Virus record (IMG/VR): IMGVR_UViG_3300044451_000273 | Span: 1-55,714 of that record | DNA length: 55,714 bases | Source of the DNA: a virus | Lineage: Duplodnaviria; Caudoviricetes | Strand: one strand, 5' to 3' | Shown here: piece by piece, positions 39,197-49,256 of the stretch | Layout of the letters: the number at the start of each line of letters is the position of its first letter | Numbering within the stretch: position 1 is the stretch's first letter | The notes under the pieces: model-generated | What the model saw: only the letters and a program-made list of their open reading frames with translations | Database searches by the model: none | Told to the model about the DNA's origin: nothing | Made by a program: the position numbers and the translations under genes

Positions 39197-41384
39197 ATGG
39201 CTCAATTATCCACTAATACTATATTTTATGATCAAATTATAACTAAAATTCAAGATTTTATAAATAAATATAAAAATAATAGAAACGCTTCTTTCACAGA
39301 AATAGCTACAGAATACAATTTATTAATAACAGAAGTTAACAAATATGCGAATGACCCAATCGCAAAATACGAACCAATAATAAAGGGCGAACCACCATCG
39401 TCCCAAAGAATGAATAAATTTATTCAATCTATTTCAGACGATCTTAATATTGTAGCCAAACAATTAGACTATCAGACTGGCACTATTGTTTCCGTCTTCA
39501 ACATGTTTAATGCCGAGATTGAAAAAGAAAATAGATTCACTAATAGGTTAAAATCAAAAATTAATATACTTAATGCGTATTCCAGTAGTCCTGGGACTGA
39601 TCTTTATTATTTCGGTGATTCTTTTGATAATTTAGATTTTATTGATGTACCAAATAGTCAGGCTCAGGCATTAAATCCAATTTCTCCACCCCAAACACCA
39701 TACTCAGGAGCTCTTCCATTAATACGGAAGTGGAATGGCTTCTCTTCAGTTTCTAGATTTGACTACCTGGCAGCCAAAATCAGTACAGGTGATTGAGGGT
39801 AAGTCAAACGGGTTTTTGGGCAATAATCACACTGTTTATGCCCAAAAGGACACGGAATCTAACTATACATATAGCTATCAAGACAATCCATCTTCTGGAC
39901 TTTTGGCAAATATTATTGATTCTAATCCGTTAACATATTTTGAGTATGAAAAGATCTCAATTGATAGAGAAGAAATTTTATCACGTGGAGCTAAAGATTA
40001 TGAATTTACATACTCTTACCAAGACTTTTCCAATAATGCAAAATCGATTAAGTACAGATCATGGATTAATTACGAAGAAAAAGATCCGCTTAAATTGGTT
40101 TTAAGTATAAGATCTGATAGGCCACAAAAAGCAAATACTATTAGTATTGTGCCTTTTTGGGGTACGGATCAAACTCCTGGCGCTCAAATAAAGGTGACAA
40201 GAGTAGTCGCAGTTGATCAGCAGTCAAAAGAGGTGGACTTAATTGACGAACCAATTTATGTTGGCAACGTAGAAATTCCCATGAACCTAGAGTCTTCAAA
40301 AAATTATGTTTACGATAAAATCAAAATATCATTTTTGGAAATACTTACCTCAGAAATACAAGTATATATTGAACAGTGTGATTTCTTGAATGTAAATATA
40401 AAACATTTATTTTGGAAGCCACTTCCTTCAACTGGGAGACTATCTGCATTAAATAATCAAACAAGATTTGATCCCAGCTCTCTGTCCTCTCTTGGTTTTT
40501 CGGAAGTGCAGTATAATCAATTTGATTTGGTTCCAGATATAATAAGACCGAATTTCTACAAAGACCAATTCAATTTATCTACTAAGCAAATTAATATAAC
40601 ATATAAGGATCAGGAAAAAATAGATTCATATATATTATCTTTCCAGAGACTAAGTGACTCCTCATTGGTTAAGCACTACTACACAAATGCTTTTACTGGT
40701 TTTGAAACTCTCAGTAAGCAGCAGGAAAAGGCAGCATCGACAGATATAAAGTTCGCCTGGCAGTCTGAATCAAAAGAGGCCGCGGATCGAATTAAGTTAT
40801 ATATAGAATCTAAAATATCTTCTGGCGAATGGTCCAGTTCTCAATTCCAAAACCTTAATATAGAAATAGTTAAAAGAGCTTTTGATCCCAAAACATATAC
40901 GGCTACAATAACTCTTAAGAAAGAGTATGAAATATATAAAGCAAAACGTCATGCAATTGGGCTAAGATCAATAGACATCGGTTATGCAACTTATGCATCT
41001 AGTGGAAGTTTTATTTCTAAGACTTTTGAATTTTCTTACGATGTAAAAAATCTTACAATATCTATTGATTCACGCACTGGTCGCAATAGCTTAAATGAGC
41101 AAGAATCACTTTTAAAGTTCTATGTTTCATTAGACGAGGCAAAAAATTGGATTAGAATTTCTCCCATAGAAAATCCATCTACTGGCGTACCAGAAGTTTT
41201 GTCTTTTAATGAATTCGTTCAAACAGGAGAAAAGATAAAAGGAGTTGGCTACTACAACTATCCAGCCATCCCGTCAGAAACAAAAAGAATAAAAGTAAAG
41301 ATAGAAATGTTTAGGTCGAAATATTTTAATTCAACTCCATTATTATTTTCGTATAAATTGATTGGAAGAGTGGAGCAAACATGA
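39197..41384 (+). CDS. Virion structural protein, about 728 aa, one +1 recoding site
   Basis: ORFs 39197-39796 and 39735-41384 join via CGG at 39725. The resulting size and layout match the adjacent 731 aa protein. Confidence 0.65.
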
Positions 41385-43576
41385 GTATAGCAAACATTCA
41401 AAAAGAAAAATTCTTAAATGTGATCTACAGAAACTTGTATTCTTCTGGATATATTCCAAAAGAATCAGAGATACTAGAGTTTTTTTCTCAGTATTTTTCG
41501 GCATACCAGCTAAGTCAACCACTGCCAATGGACCCAGAGATTTTCAGGCAGGTTTTTTCAAGCAATGTTGACATATTTAATCAAAAAATGCTGTACGCCC
41601 TTTTCAACGTTGAGGTTATATATGATTCTATTTTAGAAAACTCCGAAGAAATAATGAAAATAACCACCGCTTTAAATAAAAGATTACAAAATCTAAAAGC
41701 AAGAAGAATACAATTAGAAAATAAAATAGATGATCTTCTTTTTGTTAATCAAAATTCCGATTCAATTTACGCATCTTATACGGACACTTTTTCTACTGCA
41801 GATGGAACAGATCTTGGTTTAACTACGGCATTTGTGGATATTTCTAATGGCAGGGTTAGTCTTCCGACTTTGAGCTCGGCTGTTTTTGATTTAATTTCCG
41901 CAAAAAGCGTCGTTCCCGGTAGTGCAACCTATTCTTTGTCATTCAATAGAAATTTAATTTACACTAATCAATCAGTTTCTTCCGATCAATCGTTTTTCCC
42001 ATCAGTTTTTGATGGACTAGAAAATACTGAATGGCAGAAAGCATTTTTCTTTGATTCGATTGGTTTAGTGACCTTTACACTTAATCTGCCAATAAATAAA
42101 AACGTTTTGTTATCTAATATTTCTGGTAAATTAAATACTATTTCTCCAGTTGATATTTTTTGCAGCGTTACTTATGCAGATGGGGCAAAGCCGAATAGCA
42201 CTCATAATAAAAAATCTTCAAAAGATTACGATAGGTTTTCTTTTAATTTTGAAGCAGGAAACGTTACATCTATAGATTTAATCTTAGTAAAATCAGAACC
42301 AGACTACATAGAGAAAACAAAAATGGACAAGTATGCGTATAGATTCGGAATTAGGGACATTGCAATATCTGGCAGGTATCACGATAGATCGGCCACCTAT
42401 GTCAGTAAGCCAATAAGTTTGAAGACAAAAGATAATAAAAACTTAGCCATAGACGCAGTCTCATTGTCGGTTAATGAATCTGGATTCGAAAACGGAACTA
42501 TTTCCTATTTTGTCGCTGAAGATAATCCTACGGCTCAAATCATATCTGATTTTAATTGGATTCCAATTTCAACAAAAAATGATAATTTAGCCTCATATCC
42601 CAGTATTGTTTCTTTTGATGGAACATATATAAAGTCTAAAAAAATTGTTGACAAAGTTCAAAATACAGAATTCGAGATAGAAAAAATACCCCTTGCTGCA
42701 AAGAGTGATGTCTCAAATATAAATCAGCAAAATCCGATAATAGACCTGTATCCCGATCAACTTATATATAGAACAGCAAAAATAAATATCGGCGATGATC
42801 CCTATGATTCATATATTCTTTCTGGAACTGGTTTAGTAAGGGGATATTACATAAATTATACAAACCAAATTTATAATGAAGCCGATGGACTTTCAACTTG
42901 GAATTCAATAATTGCTGGTCGTTCAAGCGTTAGGCAGCTTTACACAATACCGCCCTATAATGTCTCGACTGGTTCAACATTTTTTGTTGGACCTAATGTA
43001 TCTGGTATTAGTATCCTTTTGGAAACAAAGATCTTATGTTCATCACAAAAAACGTTCAGGCATAAGTTTATCAAAAACGATTCCGTCTCAAAAGACTGGG
43101 ATATAGCTGTCTATCTAAATGGAAAACCAACTTATATACCAGCTGGTCAATTTTCTCAGTTGATAGAGTGGAATTTTAAAGAAGGGTCAAACATCATTAA
43201 AATAGCTATAGATGTAAAAGAAAAAGCAAAGGGCGCAATAACCCTAATGGAGGAAGCAAAGTTGGCTGATTATGGTTTGATTTATTTGGATTACTATAGT
43301 TATGTAGATCCACTAGAGTTTAAAAAGAATAGATCCGTATATGATTACGTATTTACAGTAGAAAACTTTTTTGGAAATAAAGAAATCTTTAGCAGGGCAA
43401 ATATAGGATCAAGTTCTAGGATATTTTACCTCACCAATAATCCCAATAGGGTTGAATCGATTAGGGTTAGGGCAGACCTATCTAGATCTAAAAATCCAAT
43501 AGGATCGCCAGTTATAGATTCTTTTACTGTAAAATTTAAAAATAATCAAAAACTTGAAGACGAGCAGTTGGGATAG
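41381..43576 (+). CDS. Virion structural protein, 731 aa
   Basis: ATGA overlap with the upstream gene; coiled-coil N-terminus followed by beta-rich domains. Confidence 0.6.
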   Translation: MSIANIQKEKFLNVIYRNLYSSGYIPKESEILEFFSQYFSAYQLSQPLPMDPEIFRQVFSSNVDIFNQKMLYALFNVEVIYDSILENSEEIMKITTALNKRLQNLKARRIQLENKIDDLLFVNQNSDSIYASYTDTFSTADGTDLGLTTAFVDISNGRVSLPTLSSAVFDLISAKSVVPGSATYSLSFNRNLIYTNQSVSSDQSFFPSVFDGLENTEWQKAFFFDSIGLVTFTLNLPINKNVLLSNISGKLNTISPVDIFCSVTYADGAKPNSTHNKKSSKDYDRFSFNFEAGNVTSIDLILVKSEPDYIEKTKMDKYAYRFGIRDIAISGRYHDRSATYVSKPISLKTKDNKNLAIDAVSLSVNESGFENGTISYFVAEDNPTAQIISDFNWIPISTKNDNLASYPSIVSFDGTYIKSKKIVDKVQNTEFEIEKIPLAAKSDVSNINQQNPIIDLYPDQLIYRTAKINIGDDPYDSYILSGTGLVRGYYINYTNQIYNEADGLSTWNSIIAGRSSVRQLYTIPPYNVSTGSTFFVGPNVSGISILLETKILCSSQKTFRHKFIKNDSVSKDWDIAVYLNGKPTYIPAGQFSQLIEWNFKEGSNIIKIAIDVKEKAKGAITLMEEAKLADYGLIYLDYYSYVDPLEFKKNRSVYDYVFTVENFFGNKEIFSRANIGSSSRIFYLTNNPNRVESIRVRADLSRSKNPIGSPVIDSFTVKFKNNQKLEDEQLG

Positions 43577-43580
43577 CATT

Positions 43581-44015
43581 GTGGCAATTACTTATCAAAA
43601 TTCAGATGAAAAAAAAATAGTCAGACAACCTTTGTCTAAAAGAGTGCGACTTTTCTACAGAAGCCCAAGAAAGAGTGACAAAGAAAATCTTTTTCATCAA
43701 AAAATTTATATGGATATTCACAGGATATATATAGAACTAGAATTGATAAATACAAAAATATTCAATAAGATAAGATATATCATTGGGGCTGAAGTATCTG
43801 AAGATCACGTAGTGGACACTCAAGAGGGATCGAGTTACCACGGAGCAAGATACTATAACCTAAGTAAAGATTCAGTTTCCTTCTTTAATGCCAAAGCGGG
43901 GCTAACGCCATCACTTGATGATGAAAAAAATAATCTGTACACTACTAGTTCTATGGCCGCAAAACTTACAAATTTATATTTTAAAATAAACCAACTAGAA
44001 AGACGAGTAAGATAA
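43581..44015 (+). CDS. Hypothetical virion protein
   Basis: Likely GTG start at 43581 just after the upstream stop. It shares an N-terminal motif with the gene at 44017. Confidence 0.6.
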   Translation: MAITYQNSDEKKIVRQPLSKRVRLFYRSPRKSDKENLFHQKIYMDIHRIYIELELINTKIFNKIRYIIGAEVSEDHVVDTQEGSSYHGARYYNLSKDSVSFFNAKAGLTPSLDDEKNNLYTTSSMAAKLTNLYFKINQLERRVR

Positions 44016-44016
44016 T

Positions 44017-45285
44017 ATGTCTGATTTTTTAAATTCAGAAAATAAAACAATTCAGTATGGTGGTCCAGTCAATAGCGCTGATTTTAATCTAAGATCAGAA
44101 CAAAACTATAGAGATCTTGTTCATCTCTATAATAGATCTGGAATTCTGGATCAAAAACTTGCAGAGGCTTTTGAAAGAGTATTGAAAGATCATCATTTTT
44201 TGTCAATGGCTATTTTAGATCTTGAGGATAGGGTAAAGGCACTAGAATACGAACCTGGGTCTTTGTATAAAAAACTGTCAATATATTCTTATTCCCAGAT
44301 AGACATCGCTTCTTTTCTGGATAATCCAACATTTGCGATAAGTAGTACGGATGCGCTCAGCTTTGATTACATATACAATATAATCACCTTACCCCAAGTG
44401 TTTGGCTCCTCACACTCAAAGGTAAAGTTTTTTGATTCTTCTAATACTCAGGTTATACCAGACTTTCTTGAAATGAAAGTGGACAATAATTTTGTTGGTG
44501 TTGACACAGCTGGTTCGTTGATTGACACAACTCCAATATATTATTCTTTATTAGAATCTTCTGATAAATTTTGGAAAAGAAATGTCATCGTAGATTTACC
44601 GTCGGCGGCGGGGGCACAAATGTATCTTTATGTAAAAATACCCTCATCTTTTTCGGGCTCAGCGGCTAGCAACTTTGTTTCAATGATTCCTTATCCGATT
44701 TTTGGTGTAGACATTGTTTCAATAGAATATACATCCGATTTAAATCCAGACCTAAGTTCAGACGATAATTGGATTCCACTTAATTTCAATAGACTGTACA
44801 ACAATCAGACAGAAGCGATTGGAAAAGTTCCACCAGGTGGATGGTCTACTGTTGGAAATGATATTATACTAAATGCAGGTCCGGTTGGTTTTTATTTTCC
44901 ACCAACTGATATTAATGCATTACGAATATCTTTAAGGCAAAGAAACTATGTCACAGAAAATGGAAAATATATCTATTCCTATGGTTTGTCCGATATAGAT
45001 ATAAAGTCCCAAAAGTTTCTTGATAGTGGAAAAACTATAATCAAATACACTGCACCAAATAACACAACAATAATTAACGTTGAGGAAGTTATACCCAAAA
45101 TGTATAATGTCCCCGATGAGCTTATATCGACCGCCTTTAGCTATAGAATAATTTATAAACAAGGTTCTTCCTATACCCTAGACCCAGTTCCTGGCTCAAC
45201 CTCCATATGGATTGAGGTTACACTTAATAAACTTGGAGATGGAACAGCACCAGTTTTATCTGATTTAATTGTAAATTATACTTAA
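44017..45285 (+). CDS. Virion structural protein, 422 aa
   Basis: Uninterrupted ORF with a YGGPVNSADFN..DLVHLY N-terminal motif, a coiled coil and then beta-rich sequence. Confidence 0.6.
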   Translation: MSDFLNSENKTIQYGGPVNSADFNLRSEQNYRDLVHLYNRSGILDQKLAEAFERVLKDHHFLSMAILDLEDRVKALEYEPGSLYKKLSIYSYSQIDIASFLDNPTFAISSTDALSFDYIYNIITLPQVFGSSHSKVKFFDSSNTQVIPDFLEMKVDNNFVGVDTAGSLIDTTPIYYSLLESSDKFWKRNVIVDLPSAAGAQMYLYVKIPSSFSGSAASNFVSMIPYPIFGVDIVSIEYTSDLNPDLSSDDNWIPLNFNRLYNNQTEAIGKVPPGGWSTVGNDIILNAGPVGFYFPPTDINALRISLRQRNYVTENGKYIYSYGLSDIDIKSQKFLDSGKTIIKYTAPNNTTIINVEEVIPKMYNVPDELISTAFSYRIIYKQGSSYTLDPVPGSTSIWIEVTLNKLGDGTAPVLSDLIVNYT

Positions 45286-45353
45286 TTTTAAAAGTGTAAA
45301 AACCCTATTTGTTTTTACTATATAAAGAGATTTACTTTAAGGAGATAATAAAT

Positions 45354-45941
45354 ATGGCTACATTTTATGTTGGTCCAAGACCTGTTCTAAAAGGCAGATC
45401 TTCATCTGGTATGGTTAATCCCCATAAGGGCACTGCGGGCAAATACTCATTCTATCCCCTGTTTGCAGACAGTCATGTTTTAGATGGTGCCCCAGATAAC
45501 AATCATGTTCCTGGGACTGGCAGCCATCCTGGCAATGTGCTTTTGTCGCAGATTTTTAATGGAACATCGCTTTATGTTCACCCACTTTCTGGAACATTTA
45601 AAAACGGCGCCGCTTACGAAGGCGCACGTTTTAGGCCACATACCTACAGGGGTGTTTTGGGTGTGTTCACTTCTGGCTATGGCCATGTAGATAGATCAAC
45701 GAATTATAGCCTGTACAGCAATTACGTTTTTGACGGAGTCACCTCGGCAAATGTGTTCGCATCTGGTTACGGTCACGTCGAGAGAGAAACAAGCTATAGC
45801 CTATATGGCAACGATATGTTTGACGGCGTGCCGAGCGCAGAAATATTCAAATCTGGATACGGTCAACCGAATACTACGTCCGAATACGGTCGCAATAAGG
45901 TTGGAGAGTATAAGGGAGTTCCCTCCGCAAAAGCTCTTTAA
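45354..45941 (+). CDS. Gly/Tyr-rich protein with 30-aa repeats, probably virion-associated
   Basis: Strong AAGGAG RBS before ATG 45354. Repeats SGYGHV.R.T.YSLY.N..FDGV.SA..F are visible. Confidence 0.7.
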   Translation: MATFYVGPRPVLKGRSSSGMVNPHKGTAGKYSFYPLFADSHVLDGAPDNNHVPGTGSHPGNVLLSQIFNGTSLYVHPLSGTFKNGAAYEGARFRPHTYRGVLGVFTSGYGHVDRSTNYSLYSNYVFDGVTSANVFASGYGHVERETSYSLYGNDMFDGVPSAEIFKSGYGQPNTTSEYGRNKVGEYKGVPSAKAL

Positions 45942-45966
45942 TCGTCCAAAAGTCAGTCGTATAGCA

Positions 45967-45997
45967 GTTTCCGCTGGTATAATATAACCGCGGAAAC
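45967..45997 (+). promoter_or_regulatory. Inverted repeat enclosing an extended -10 element
   Basis: GTTTCCGC (45967-45974) and GCGGAAAC (45990-45997) flank TGGTATAAT (45975-45983) in the intergenic region. Confidence 0.5.
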
Positions 45998-46014
45998 AAA
46001 TACAAAAGTATTTG

Positions 46015-46046
46015 TCCCGCCCCAAAAGGGCGGGATTGTTAGTTTT
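46015..46046 (+). terminator. Putative intrinsic terminator
   Basis: TCCCGCCC-CAAAA-GGGCGGGA stem followed by TTGTTAGTTTT, at the end of the structural module. Confidence 0.65.
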
Positions 46047-46102
46047 AGGAATTGTTATACAAGTTTATTCAGTTTTCAATAGATTTAACAAGGATTATGT
46101 AG

Positions 46103-46804
46103 ATGATTTTAGAACAAATGATATCGGTTGTAGAGAAAAATACCCTGCCCGTAGATGTGGCTGAAAAATATTTAAATATTTATATAGGAGAAGCTGATTG
46201 GAAAACTCACATATCTAAGCTTTGGACTAATTTTGAAAATAAAAACAAAAATGCATACACGAGCAGAGAAGATGTCAAAAGAGCAATTGCATGCGCAGCG
46301 CTGCTTCCTACTCTAGAAAAAACAAATATACCAGACCCCGTACATTTGATTTTATTCTGGTGTCCCACATGGAATCAGTATAGAGAAAAAGATTGGTTTT
46401 GTTTATTTAGAGATACTGTAATGAAGGACATTGAAATACAAAAAAATCACAAACAACTTTTGATATTGGGTGTTATAGATCCAATAGATTATTCTCCCAT
46501 AACTAGACAGGCATATAATTGGCTGTTTTCACACGCCGAAAGCAGTGGTGCTGTTAACGAAAAGACTAAAGACACTGTTTCAAAAAAAATGCAGAACCTT
46601 ATAAGATTATACGGCGGTGCTGTGATATCGAATATATTTACAAATCATAAAAATTTTGTTGATAAAGTTTTTAATTGGAGAAGTGGATATTTTTTTGAAA
46701 GACAGATATATAATGTATATACATTTGATCAAATTCAAAGAATAAAATCTAAAGAAATAGAAAAACTCAATCCAAAATTTGTCAAAACACTATTAGTAAA
46801 TTAA
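46103..46804 (+). CDS. Hypothetical protein
   Basis: 233 aa ORF with an upstream AAGGA; no recognised motif. Confidence 0.7.
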   Translation: MILEQMISVVEKNTLPVDVAEKYLNIYIGEADWKTHISKLWTNFENKNKNAYTSREDVKRAIACAALLPTLEKTNIPDPVHLILFWCPTWNQYREKDWFCLFRDTVMKDIEIQKNHKQLLILGVIDPIDYSPITRQAYNWLFSHAESSGAVNEKTKDTVSKKMQNLIRLYGGAVISNIFTNHKNFVDKVFNWRSGYFFERQIYNVYTFDQIQRIKSKEIEKLNPKFVKTLLVN

Positions 46805-46818
46805 GAAAGAACACTATA

Positions 46819-48921
46819 ATGACACAAACACAAGAAATTGAAAACGGAAACCCAGATCTTTTACCGATATCAACAAAAGCTACTATGTTCTCCTTTAAAA
46901 TTAGCAAAGAATTCATTGAGCCGTATAGGACAAAGCCGTCTCCATTTGGATACAAAGACGCAAGTGGCAATAGTGTAGGTGAAATAACATTTCTTAGAAC
47001 CTATAGCAGATTGAAAGAAGATGGATCCAAAGAGTCGTGGGTTGATGTTTGCGAAAGAGTAATTAATGGAACCTACTCTTTACAGAAAGATCATTGTAAA
47101 AAAAATAGACTTACCTGGAATGACGCTAAGGCGCAAGCAAGCGCCAAAGAGGGATTTGATCGTCTTTTTAACCTTAAGTGGACTCCCCCTGGTCGAGGTT
47201 TATGGGCAATGGGGACCAACATTGTAAACGTACAGAAAAACTCAGCTGCGCTTCAAAACTGCGCTTTTGTTTCCACATCAGAAATGACTAAGCTCAATCC
47301 AGCTAAACCATTTGCATTTTTAATGGAGGCCTCAATGCTTGGTGTTGGCGTTGGATTTGACGACAAAGGCGCAGATAAAGATTTTATGATTTATAATCCG
47401 AATGGAGAACAAACAACCTATGTAATACCAGATACCAGAGAGGGTTGGGTAGAGTCTCTTACTCTACTTCTTAATTCTTACTTGAAAGAAAATCAACCAA
47501 AGTACGTTTTTGACTATTCACAAATAAGACCATCTGGAGCTTTAATTAAAACGTTTGGTGGCGTCGCAGCTGGCCATAAGCCACTTTTAAAACTTCATCA
47601 ACATATATATAAGATGTTCAGCAATAGAGCTGGATCAAAACTAACGAGAGTTGATATAGCCGATATAGGAAATCTTGTTGGCGTTTGCGTTGTTTCGGGT
47701 AATGTTCGCCGTTCGGCGGAACTATTAATAGGAAGACTTGACGATCAGGAATTTTTAAATCTAAAAAATAAAGACAAGTTTCCAGAACGAAATTCGTATG
47801 ATCCATCAGCTCCAGGCTGGGGGTGGATGTCTAACAATTCGGTGGAAACCGAAGAGGGCGCAGATCTTACCTCAATTATAGAGGGTATATCGCTAAACGG
47901 TGAACCTGGAGTTATCTGGATGGATATATCTAGAAAATATGGAAGACTTATTGATCCGCCAAATAATAAAGATCATAGAGTTGCTGGCTATAATCCCTGC
48001 GCAGAACAGTCGCTTGAATCATATGAATGCTGTACGCTAGTTGAGACATATCTTGGAAGACATGACTCGCTAGAAGATTATAAACGAACTCTAAAGTTTG
48101 CGTACTTGTATGCGAAAACCGTTACCCTTTTGCCTACTCACTGGGAAGAAACAAATGGAATCATGCAGAGAAATCGCCGTATTGGCACCTCGATGTCTGG
48201 TGTTGCGGATTTTGCCGATAGATTTGGTATGCCGGTTCTGAAGGAATGGATGAACCAAGGATATCAAACCATACAAAGATACGATGAGGATTATTCTGGA
48301 TGGCTTGGTATACGTCAGTCGATAAAAACGACAACCGTAAAACCCTCTGGAACTGTGTCTATTTTGGCAGGGGAATCTCCTGGCGTTCACTGGACACCAG
48401 GTGGAAAATTTTTCAATAGAACAATTAGATTTTCAAATGAAGACCCAATGCTTCCGTTGTTTAAAATGGCAAATTATAAAGTTGAACCAGCGGCGGAATC
48501 GCCAGATACTACCTCTGTGGTTTACTTCCCAATTAAATCCCATGCAGTCAGATCAGAAAAGGACGTAACTATTTTTGAAAAAATGGCTCTCGCCGCAATG
48601 GCTCAGAGATATTGGTCAGATAATTCAGTTTCCGTAACAGTATCTTTCAACAAAGACACGGAAGCACAATACGTCGGTACGGTACTGCATATGCATGACG
48701 GACAATTGAAAACTGTCTCTTTTTTACCAAGCGGAAACGACACGTATCCCCAGATGCCTTACACACAAATAACAGAGCAGGAATATATAGATCAATGTGA
48801 AAGACTATTCCCAATAGATCTTACTGGTGTTTACGCTGGCATGGCCGCTGATGCAATCGGCGAACGCTACTGCACTACTGATTCTTGTGAGATTAAATTT
48901 ATCAAAGACAATATTAAATAA
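46819..48921 (+). CDS. nrdJ: Class II (adenosylcobalamin-dependent) ribonucleoside-triphosphate reductase
   Basis: Motifs RTYSR, PPGRGLW, LQNCAF, GNVRRSA, YNPCAEQ and TTVKPSGT, plus the C-terminal redox pair CTTDSC. Confidence 0.93.
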   Translation: MTQTQEIENGNPDLLPISTKATMFSFKISKEFIEPYRTKPSPFGYKDASGNSVGEITFLRTYSRLKEDGSKESWVDVCERVINGTYSLQKDHCKKNRLTWNDAKAQASAKEGFDRLFNLKWTPPGRGLWAMGTNIVNVQKNSAALQNCAFVSTSEMTKLNPAKPFAFLMEASMLGVGVGFDDKGADKDFMIYNPNGEQTTYVIPDTREGWVESLTLLLNSYLKENQPKYVFDYSQIRPSGALIKTFGGVAAGHKPLLKLHQHIYKMFSNRAGSKLTRVDIADIGNLVGVCVVSGNVRRSAELLIGRLDDQEFLNLKNKDKFPERNSYDPSAPGWGWMSNNSVETEEGADLTSIIEGISLNGEPGVIWMDISRKYGRLIDPPNNKDHRVAGYNPCAEQSLESYECCTLVETYLGRHDSLEDYKRTLKFAYLYAKTVTLLPTHWEETNGIMQRNRRIGTSMSGVADFADRFGMPVLKEWMNQGYQTIQRYDEDYSGWLGIRQSIKTTTVKPSGTVSILAGESPGVHWTPGGKFFNRTIRFSNEDPMLPLFKMANYKVEPAAESPDTTSVVYFPIKSHAVRSEKDVTIFEKMALAAMAQRYWSDNSVSVTVSFNKDTEAQYVGTVLHMHDGQLKTVSFLPSGNDTYPQMPYTQITEQEYIDQCERLFPIDLTGVYAGMAADAIGERYCTTDSCEIKFIKDNIK

Positions 48922-48922
48922 T

Positions 48923-49256
48923 ATGAATAATCATCGGAGATAGTGAAAATTTTATAAATAAAATATTTAAAGAAATAACTTCTAATTTTGAGTACAAAAA
49001 AATAAAGGATATTAATCAGGCTTATAAAGACAGACAAATCGGATTTTGCACTGAACTTAACTCAGAACTGCTTATCGCCATACAGGAAATAGATATTATT
49101 ACAAAAAATCTGCTTCACTGCAAGGGTGAGAACTGCCAAATTCCATCAGACATAAACAATCTTCTAAAATCTTTATACAAGAGGGCTAGCGAATTTAATA
49201 ACTATATGCTAGACTTATTGGATAAAGATCCTATAGAGTTTCTAGAGGAAGATTGA
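48923..49256 (+). CDS. Hypothetical protein, about 110 aa, visible only with +1 recoding at codon 5
   Basis: The zero frame reads ATG AAT AAT CAT CGG AGA TAG. Skipping C48935 opens GGA GAT AGT... through to TGA 49254-49256, which overlaps the thyX ATG. It fills the nrdJ-thyX gap exactly. Confidence 0.75.

Noticed and set aside
1043-41384. Fragmented ORFs as pseudogenes or random homopolymer sequencing errors
   Set aside because: All breaks are +1, all coincide with an in-frame CGG, and most are not in homopolymers. No -1 shifts or internal nonsense codons were seen. A systematic artefact is not fully excluded without reads.
43554-43581. Overlap of ORFs 41381-43576 and 43554-44015 as another frameshift
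   Set aside because: There is no in-frame CGG, and a GTG start at 43581 with its own N-terminal family motif explains it as a separate gene.
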